DNA of 42,290 nucleotides from Abditibacteriaceae bacterium. Lineage in GTDB: Bacteria > Armatimonadota > Abditibacteriia > Abditibacteriales > Abditibacteriaceae. Below the pieces are notes generated by a model. It was given only the letters and a program-made list of their open reading frames with translations, did not search any database and had not been told where the DNA came from. This document shows positions 36,044-42,290 of the stretch, in pieces (positions within the stretch are counted from its first letter, which is position 1; each line of letters opens with the position of its first letter). The translations under genes were made by a program, and so were the position numbers. The stretch lies in NCBI GenBank assembly GCA_031425655.1, contig JANPJS010000150.1, positions 1-42,290 of the forward strand, given 5' to 3'.

Positions 36044-36236
36044 CTGTGTGGTTTTATGGCGTTCGTGGCGCGGCGGGTTTGCGGTGGGCGCGGGTGTTGC
36101 GCAGGAGTTTGGTTTCCTGCCATGCAGCGAGTTTGTTTTTGTCGCGCGCACTTTACTCACCTAATGATGCCTCATTTTCGTGCGGCGAATTACATGGGCG
36201 CCGATTAAACTGAAAGGGCACCCGAAAGCGAAGATT

Positions 36237-36527
36237 ATGACTCTGACTTTGGAACTTAGCCCCGACGCCCAGCGCGAATTGGAAGAAGCGGCGCGCATCG
36301 AAGGCCGCACCGTCGCCGATTACGCCGCGCGGCTTTTGCACGAAGCAGCTTTGGCGCGGCGCCATGAGATTACAGCGCGATTGGCGGCGTTGGAAGAATG
36401 GGACAAGGAAATCGCGGCGCGTCCCGATTATCGCGCGCAGGCAGGCTTGCCTCCACTTGGCGATACCAGTCGTTCAGCAGAACCGGACATTTACGGCTAC
36501 TCAGAGCGTGAGGATGCTCAGTTGTGA
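36237..36527 (+). CDS. Putative RHH-type antitoxin
   Basis: MTLTLELSPD..RELEEAARIEGRTVADYAARLL; overlaps downstream PIN gene. Confidence 0.72.
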   Translation: MTLTLELSPDAQRELEEAARIEGRTVADYAARLLHEAALARRHEITARLAALEEWDKEIAARPDYRAQAGLPPLGDTSRSAEPDIYGYSEREDAQL

Positions 36528-37018
36528 TTTTCTCCCCAGCGCCTGCCGTGCATTATCTTGTGGATGCCAATGTTCTGCTCAGGAGAGTCGAACCGACGCA
36601 CCCACATCATGCAGCCGCGATGCTGTCCGTAACTAACCTCATTAAATCCGGCGCGACAATTTGCATCGCCCCACAATGTCTTTACGAATTCTGGGCCGTA
36701 GCGACGAGGCCCGTCGCATCACGAGGTTTGGGACTTTCTTCTCTACAGGCCGACCGCGATCTCGCACGCGCTGAGTCGCTGTTCACGCTTCTGCCCGATG
36801 GCCCGACGGTTTATCCTCACTGGCGCCGGCTCGTTCGCCAATACAACACGCAGGGAAAACCTTCGCACGATGCACGCCTTGTCGCGTTCATGTTGACGCA
36901 CGGCATTTCGCATCTGCTGACCTTTAACGGCAGCGATTTTCAACGCTATATTTCTGAGGGAATTACGATTGTCAACCCGGCCAGCCTATCGGCTGTGCCT
37001 TCACAGGAACAACTATGA
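36524..37018 (+). CDS. PIN-domain (VapC-like) toxin
   Basis: YLVDANVL, Q.LYEFW.VATRP, HDARLVA, LLTFN..DF. Confidence 0.88.
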   Translation: MIFSPAPAVHYLVDANVLLRRVEPTHPHHAAAMLSVTNLIKSGATICIAPQCLYEFWAVATRPVASRGLGLSSLQADRDLARAESLFTLLPDGPTVYPHWRRLVRQYNTQGKPSHDARLVAFMLTHGISHLLTFNGSDFQRYISEGITIVNPASLSAVPSQEQL

Positions 37019-39921
37019 ACACCATTCACGGCTTTGAATTGCTGCGCGACGAGCAGATTCCCGAATTCAACTCGCGCGCCAAACTGTTTCGCCACGTTAA
37101 AACCGGCGCGGAACTGCTTTCGCTTGAAAACGACGACGAAAACAAATGCTTCAGCGCCAACTTTCGCACGCCGCCCGAAGACTCCACCGGCGTCGCGCAT
37201 ATTTTGGAGCACTCGGTGCTTTGCGGCTCGCGCAAATATCCGCTCAAAGAACCGTTTATCGAGCTTGCCAAAGGCTCGCTCAAAACCTTTCTCAACGCTT
37301 TTACTTATCCCGATAAAACCTGCTATCCGGTCGCCAGCACCAATTTGCAGGACTTTTACAACCTCGTGGATGTGTATTTAGACGCGGTTTTTCATCCGAA
37401 TTTAACGCCGCACACACTGGCGCAGGAAGGCTGGCATTACGAAGTGGAAGCCGCGGATGCGCCGTTGGAGTATAAAGGCGTGGTTTTCAACGAAATGAAG
37501 GGCAATTATTCGTCGCCGGACAGCGTTTTGGGCGAATATTCGCAGCAATCGCTATATCCCGACATAACCTATGGGCTGGATTCGGGCGGCGATCCCAAAG
37601 CGATTCCCGACCTGACTTTCGAGCAACTGAGCGCTTTTCACCAGCGCTTTTATCATCCCTCGAACGCGCGCTTGTTCTTTTACGGCGACGATGACGCCGA
37701 AAAGCGATTGCAAATTTTGGATGAATGGCTCAGCGAATTCGAGCGCGCCGAACCTAACTCGGCTGTGCCGTTGCAGCCGCGCTGGAGCGAGCCACGCCGC
37801 GCGGAAAAAACCTACGCTTCGGGCGATGAAAGCGAAAAGGGCTACATCACGGTCAACTGGCTGCTCGATGAGCCAAAAGACATGGACGAAGCCCTTGCGC
37901 GGCAAATGCTCGGCTATATTTTGCTTTCTACGCCCGCTTCGCCCGTTCGCAAAGCTTTGATAGATTCCGGCTTGGGCGAAAACATCACCGGCGGTTTAAG
38001 CGATTACCTGCGCCAGCCGCACTTCACCGCGGGACTGAAAGGCATCGCTGTCGAAGACGCTGAAAAAATCGAAGACCTTATCTCCGCAACGCTGCGCGAA
38101 CAAGCGAAAAGCGGCATTGACCCGGAAACCATCGAAGCCGCCGTTAACACCTTCGAGTTTCATCTGCGCGAAAACAATTCGGGCGGTTTTCCGCGCGGTT
38201 TGGCGCTGATGCTGTGGTCGCTCGATACTTGGCTGCACGACAAAGACCCGATTGAACCGCTGCGTTTCGAGGCGCCTTTGCAAAAACTAAAGGCGCGTCT
38301 GCAAAACGGCGAGCGCGTTTTTGAAGAGATGATCGAGCGCGAAATTTTGAGCAACGCGCACCGCAGCACGATTATTCTCAAACCCGACGCAGCCTTAGCC
38401 GAAGCGCAGGAAGCCGAAGAAAAAGCGCATTTAGAAAAAGCGCGGTCAGGTTTCGGCGACACGGAAATAAAGCAATTCATGGCCGACACCGCCGAGCTAA
38501 AACGCAAGCAGGAAACGCCCGACTCGCCCGAAGTGCTGGCCCTGATTCCCAGCTTGAAACTCGGCGATTTGGACACGCAAAACAAAATCACGCCCAAAGA
38601 AGAGCATCGTTTGGCGGGCGCGCCGGTTTTGCATCATCCGCTTTTCACCAACGGCATTATCTACGCCGACATCGGCTTTAATTTGCATCAGGTTCCGCAG
38701 GAATTGCTGCCTTATGTGTCGCTTTTTGGCCGCGCTTTAACGCAAATCGGCACCGAAAACGAAGATTTCGTGCGCCTGACGCAGCGCATCGGACAAAAAA
38801 CCGGCGGCATCGGCGCGCAAAGTTTCGTTTCGGCGCAGCGCGATCAAAGCGAAGCCGCCGCGTGGCTGTTTTTGCGCGGCAAAGCCGTTCCCGAACGCGC
38901 CGGAGAAATGCTGAACATCTGGCGCGACGTGCTGCTCACCGTCAATCTCGATAATCAAGAGCGATTCAAACAAATGGCGCTGGAAGAAAAAGCATCACTG
39001 GAATCGCGTCTGGTGCCGGGCGGCAGCGGCTACGTTTCCACGCGATTGCGCTCGCACTTTTCCGAATCAGGCCGCCTCAGCGAACACATGAGCGGCATCA
39101 GTTACCTGTTTTTCCTGCGCGAACTGTGCGAAAAAATCGAATCGAACTGGAAAGAGGTTTTAGCTTCGCTGGAAAGCCTGCGTGATCACTGGCTGAATCG
39201 TTCAACGGCCATCGGCAACGTGACCGCCGATGAAGCTTTGTGGAAGCAGTTTGCGCCGCAGTTTGAAGACTTTATCGGAGCGCTGCCGCAGCACGATCCG
39301 GTTCCCGCCGCGTGGGATTTGCCGCGCTTGCCGTCGCACGAAGGTTTAACCATTCCGGCGCAGGTGAATTACGTCGCCAAAGGCACGAATTTATTCGACC
39401 TGGGCTACGCACGCAATGGCTCGGCGGCGGTGATTACCAATTATCTCAACACGACATGGCTGTGGGAGCGCGTGCGGATGCGCGGCGGCGCTTACGGCGG
39501 CTTTTGCGGCTTCGACCAACTCACCGGCGTCTTTAGTTTTGGCTCTTACCGCGACCCGAATTTGCTGGCCACATTGGATGTTTACGATGGGACGGCGAAG
39601 TTTTTGGAGGAAGTCGAGATCGGCGATCAGGAACTGACGCGCAGCATCATCGGCGTGATTTCCGACATGGATTTTTATCGCCTGCCCGACGCCAAAGGCT
39701 GGAGTTCCTTGATGCGCCACATCATCGGCGAAACCGAGGAACTGCGCCAGCAACTGCGCGAGCAAGTGCTTGGCACCAGCGAGCAGGATTTCCGCGATTT
39801 CGCCGCAATTCTGGGCCAAGCCAACCGACACGGCGACGTTGTGGTGATGGGAAGCGAAGCCGACATCAGCGCCGCCAACGAAGCCAAACCTTCGTTTTTG
39901 AACGTGACGAAGGTGCTATGA
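37015..39921 (+). CDS. M16C metallopeptidase (presequence protease/insulinase family)
   Basis: STGVAHILEHSVLCGS.KYP, FLNAFTYPDKTCYP, VR.RGGAYG, SYRDP. Confidence 0.93.
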   Translation: MNTIHGFELLRDEQIPEFNSRAKLFRHVKTGAELLSLENDDENKCFSANFRTPPEDSTGVAHILEHSVLCGSRKYPLKEPFIELAKGSLKTFLNAFTYPDKTCYPVASTNLQDFYNLVDVYLDAVFHPNLTPHTLAQEGWHYEVEAADAPLEYKGVVFNEMKGNYSSPDSVLGEYSQQSLYPDITYGLDSGGDPKAIPDLTFEQLSAFHQRFYHPSNARLFFYGDDDAEKRLQILDEWLSEFERAEPNSAVPLQPRWSEPRRAEKTYASGDESEKGYITVNWLLDEPKDMDEALARQMLGYILLSTPASPVRKALIDSGLGENITGGLSDYLRQPHFTAGLKGIAVEDAEKIEDLISATLREQAKSGIDPETIEAAVNTFEFHLRENNSGGFPRGLALMLWSLDTWLHDKDPIEPLRFEAPLQKLKARLQNGERVFEEMIEREILSNAHRSTIILKPDAALAEAQEAEEKAHLEKARSGFGDTEIKQFMADTAELKRKQETPDSPEVLALIPSLKLGDLDTQNKITPKEEHRLAGAPVLHHPLFTNGIIYADIGFNLHQVPQELLPYVSLFGRALTQIGTENEDFVRLTQRIGQKTGGIGAQSFVSAQRDQSEAAAWLFLRGKAVPERAGEMLNIWRDVLLTVNLDNQERFKQMALEEKASLESRLVPGGSGYVSTRLRSHFSESGRLSEHMSGISYLFFLRELCEKIESNWKEVLASLESLRDHWLNRSTAIGNVTADEALWKQFAPQFEDFIGALPQHDPVPAAWDLPRLPSHEGLTIPAQVNYVAKGTNLFDLGYARNGSAAVITNYLNTTWLWERVRMRGGAYGGFCGFDQLTGVFSFGSYRDPNLLATLDVYDGTAKFLEEVEIGDQELTRSIIGVISDMDFYRLPDAKGWSSLMRHIIGETEELRQQLREQVLGTSEQDFRDFAAILGQANRHGDVVVMGSEADISAANEAKPSFLNVTKVL

Positions 39922-39922
39922 T

Positions 39923-39982
39923 TTTTAAACGCAAAGGCACAAAGAAGATTTTCTTTGTGCCTTTGCGTCTTTGTGTTTAAAA
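39923..39982. repeat. Short CGCAAAG-type palindrome between convergent genes; may act as terminator
   Basis: ttttaaacgcaaaggcacaaagaa ... ttctttgtgcctttgcgtctttgtgtttaaaa. Confidence 0.75.
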
Positions 39983-40657
39983 GCCGTTTATACGCAACAG
40001 AATCTCACTGCGCACGGCATCGCGCATGGTGTCGAGTTTGGCGAGTTGCTCCGGCGTGAGAATCGAAGCGAGTTGTTCACGCGTGCTCTGGCGAAGCTGC
40101 ATCAGCTTGGCGCGCTTTTGCGGAAACGGCACCGCCGCGTCCTGAATAATGGCGCGGGCCTGCTTCGCGGCGGTTTCGATGATGGGTTTCGCTTCGGCGC
40201 GCTGCGAGGCGGTCATTTGCAGCTCGTCGGCGATTTCACGCAGCGTGTTTTGGACGCGGCTTTCGCGCTGCGCGAAGAGCTTTTGTGCCGCCGCCTGTTG
40301 TGCGGGCGAAAGTAGCTTCTCGATTTTGGCGCGCGTTGCAGCGCGCAACGCCTGCACTTTTTCCTGCTTTTGCGCGCTGTTCAGGTCGCTGCGCTGCCCG
40401 ATGGCGCGGCCTTGCCCGAAAGCATCGCGCAAAATGCCGCCGATAGCCGTCTTTTGCTCGTTCGAGAGATTCAACTGCTCGGCCAGAGCATCAAACTTCG
40501 CTTTGACGGCGCTCTGATACGGATTTGCGGCTTTTCCTGCGCCTGCTGCTTCGCCTGCGGCCCACGCCATGCGCGGCTGCCATTCGATGCACACGCCTGC
40601 GGCGCCGCACACCATCGTCGCGCCGAGCGCGGCCACCAACCATTTTTTGCTTTTCAT
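39977..40657 (-). CDS. Spy/CpxP-like periplasmic protein with two helical repeats
   Basis: Signal peptide; LNLSNEQK, LLSPAQQ, MTASQR, ILTPEQ (LTxxQ motifs). Confidence 0.75.
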   Translation of the reverse strand: MKSKKWLVAALGATMVCGAAGVCIEWQPRMAWAAGEAAGAGKAANPYQSAVKAKFDALAEQLNLSNEQKTAIGGILRDAFGQGRAIGQRSDLNSAQKQEKVQALRAATRAKIEKLLSPAQQAAAQKLFAQRESRVQNTLREIADELQMTASQRAEAKPIIETAAKQARAIIQDAAVPFPQKRAKLMQLRQSTREQLASILTPEQLAKLDTMRDAVRSEILLRINGF

Positions 40658-40766
40658 CGCTTCTCCTTGGGCGTTTTTTCGCCCTATGGCGCTTTCGCGC
40701 CTTTGTTGTATCAGTAGCTTTGACGTGCGGCGGCGCTTGCGCGATGGTCAAGGCGCGTCATTTTAT

Positions 40767-40806
40767 GGTCAAGAATCGTGGTGGCGCGCTGACAATTCCT
40801 GACGAA
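40767..40806 (-). promoter_or_regulatory. Putative CpxR/OmpR-type box and promoter, copy 1
   Basis: Minus strand GTCAG-N5-GTCAG followed by CACGAT; block conserved with 41339-41378. Confidence 0.6.
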
Positions 40807-40840
40807 AAAAGAGGACGCCCGTTTTGGGCGTCCTCTTCTT
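40805..40840 (-). terminator. Intrinsic terminator
   Basis: aagaggacgccc-gtttt-gggcgtcctctt with a T run on the minus strand. Confidence 0.8.
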
Positions 40841-40854
40841 CGGCTAACAACAAC

Positions 40855-41256
40855 TTAGCGTCCGCGTTGGCCCCACAGAGCCGCCTGCACCTGCTGACGA
40901 ATCACATCGCGCTTCACTTCCAGCTCGTCAAGCTGCGGCGGCGTGAGAATCGAGGCCAGCTTGTCGTGCGAGCTTTTGCGCAGCGCCATCAGCTTGTCGC
41001 GCTTTTCGAGCGGTGCCGTGGCGCTTCCGACGATGCCTTTGGCTTCTTTGACGGTGTCTTCCAGAATCGGCAGAGCCTCGGCGCGTTGGGCGGGGGTCAT
41101 TTTCAGGTCGTCGGCCACCGCGCTGAGCGCTTCTTTTAGGGGATCTTTTGCAGCGGCTTCCGGCTTGCCCTCGGCCAAAACCGGGTGGGACGTGAGACTT
41201 GCGCCTCCCAGCATTGCCACGCCGAGCGCGGCCACCAACCACTTTTTGCTTTTCAT
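40855..41256 (-). CDS. Spy/CpxP-like periplasmic protein with a single repeat; paralog of neighbour
   Basis: Same MKSKKWLVAALG start; MTPAQR and ILTPPQ motifs. Confidence 0.75.
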   Translation of the reverse strand: MKSKKWLVAALGVAMLGGASLTSHPVLAEGKPEAAAKDPLKEALSAVADDLKMTPAQRAEALPILEDTVKEAKGIVGSATAPLEKRDKLMALRKSSHDKLASILTPPQLDELEVKRDVIRQQVQAALWGQRGR

Positions 41257-41338
41257 CGTTTCTCCTTGGGCACCGAAGTGCTTTTGTGTTCCGACATTGA
41301 TTCTGCGGTATTGCGGCGGCAATGGTAACCCTGGGCCG

Positions 41339-41378
41339 GGTCAAGAATCGTAGCGGCGCGCTGACACTTCTTTACGAA
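41339..41378 (-). promoter_or_regulatory. Putative CpxR/OmpR-type box and promoter, copy 2
   Basis: Minus strand GTAAA-N5-GTCAG followed by TACGAT. Confidence 0.62.
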
Positions 41379-41410
41379 GCGAAGAAAACAATCGGATTAA
41401 ACTGGCAGCC

Positions 41411-42097
41411 ATGAATCGCGTGCTGCTGATTGACGACGACAGCGAAATGTGCTCGCTGGTCAAGGAGTTTTTGGAGCCGGAGTTTCACATCGAAGCCATC
41501 GGGCGCGGCGACGATGGCGCCAAACGCGCTTTAGAGGCCGATTTCGCGCTGATTGTGCTGGATGTCATGATGCCGGGCATGGACGGCTTTGGCGTGCTGC
41601 GCCATTTGCGCTCCAACGCCTGCGCGACACCGGTTCTCATGCTCACAGCGCGCGGCGACGATGTGGATCGCATCGTGGGCCTTGAACTCGGCGCCGACGA
41701 TTATTTGCCCAAGCCTTTCAATCCGCGCGAGCTTTCGGCGCGCATTCACGCCATTTTGCGCCGTGCGCAACCGCCACAATCCGCCCGCGAAAAACTGCGC
41801 TGCAACGACATCGAACTCTATGCTGCCGCGCGCTCGGTGCGCCGCGCCGGAGAGGTTGTAGAACTGACCGCCGTGGAGTTCGACGTGCTGGCGCTACTGA
41901 TGAAAAACGCCGGAAACGTGGTCACGCGCGACGAAATGGCAAGTCGCGTCCTCGACCGCAAACTGCTGGCCTACGACCGCAGCATTGATATGCACGTTTC
42001 CAATCTGCGCAAGAAACTCGGCCCGGCACCCGGCGGCGGCGACCGGATAAAGAGCATCCGCAGCGTCGGCTACATCTTGATTAATTATGAGTTTTAA
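41411..42097 (+). CDS. OmpR-family response regulator, CpxR-like
   Basis: LLIDDD, LDVMMP, MLTARG, GADDYLPKPF, DRSIDMHVSNLRKKL. Confidence 0.92.
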   Translation: MNRVLLIDDDSEMCSLVKEFLEPEFHIEAIGRGDDGAKRALEADFALIVLDVMMPGMDGFGVLRHLRSNACATPVLMLTARGDDVDRIVGLELGADDYLPKPFNPRELSARIHAILRRAQPPQSAREKLRCNDIELYAAARSVRRAGEVVELTAVEFDVLALLMKNAGNVVTRDEMASRVLDRKLLAYDRSIDMHVSNLRKKLGPAPGGGDRIKSIRSVGYILINYEF

Positions 42098-42152
42098 GTT
42101 TTTAGTTTTGAGTTAGGCAGACCGCCCAACTCAAAACTAAAAACTCACAACT
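42089..42152. repeat. Heptamer (GTTTTRA-type) palindromic element containing the regulator's stop codon
   Basis: gagttttaagtttttagttttgagtt ... aactcaaaactaaaaactcacaact. Confidence 0.78.
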
Positions 42153-42177
42153 ACCTACCGGACAGTTTAGGTAAGGC

Positions 42178-42290
42178 ATGAAGTGGGACAAGGGCTTTTG
42201 GGAGATTTTGTTGGGCCACAAGCCGTTCGAGCCAGTTCCAGCCGATGCGAAACAGGCTCAGGTCGCGCCGGTCGTTGCGGTCAACGAGAC
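42178..42290 (+). CDS. 5' fragment of a downstream gene, possibly the cognate sensor kinase
   Basis: ATG at 42178, frame open to window end (MKWDKGFWEILLG...); identity inferred only from position. Confidence 0.4.
   Translation, partial: MKWDKGFWEILLGHKPFEPVPADAKQAQVAPVVAVNE

Noticed and set aside
1..42290. CRISPR array
   Set aside because: Repeats are inverted or short tandem units; there are no regularly spaced direct repeats with unique spacers and no cas genes.

Overview
GC-rich bacterial chromosomal window. Prepilin/H-X9-DG proteins and gene content suggest an Abditibacteriota/Armatimonadota-like organism (inference). It is mostly housekeeping DNA: modB/modA, tRNA(CAT), an RpoD-family sigma factor, rpoZ, a dispersed biotin cluster (bioD, bioF and the BioA-replacing enzyme bioU), photolyase, a fabF-like/fabG-like operon, rnc, alr, rnd, a FemABX transferase, an intein-containing ruvB, an M16C peptidase and a Cpx-like module. 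An accessory island after ruvB encodes a Dcm-like C5 methylase, a Mig-type HhH-GPD mismatch glycosylase in the place usually taken by Vsr, and an MvaI/BcnI-like endonuclease; a PIN toxin-antitoxin pair follows. Non-coding structure is unusually rich. There are three MITEs with different IS-family ends and clear target duplications, two of which share REP-like cargo. About ten tandem-repeat-armed palindromes sit at gene junctions, and one is translated in frame inside bioF. A 20-bp micro-element appears twice, each time replacing 5 bp inside such a palindrome. A decayed attC-like cassette is also present. All calls come from motif recognition by eye; no searches were run.
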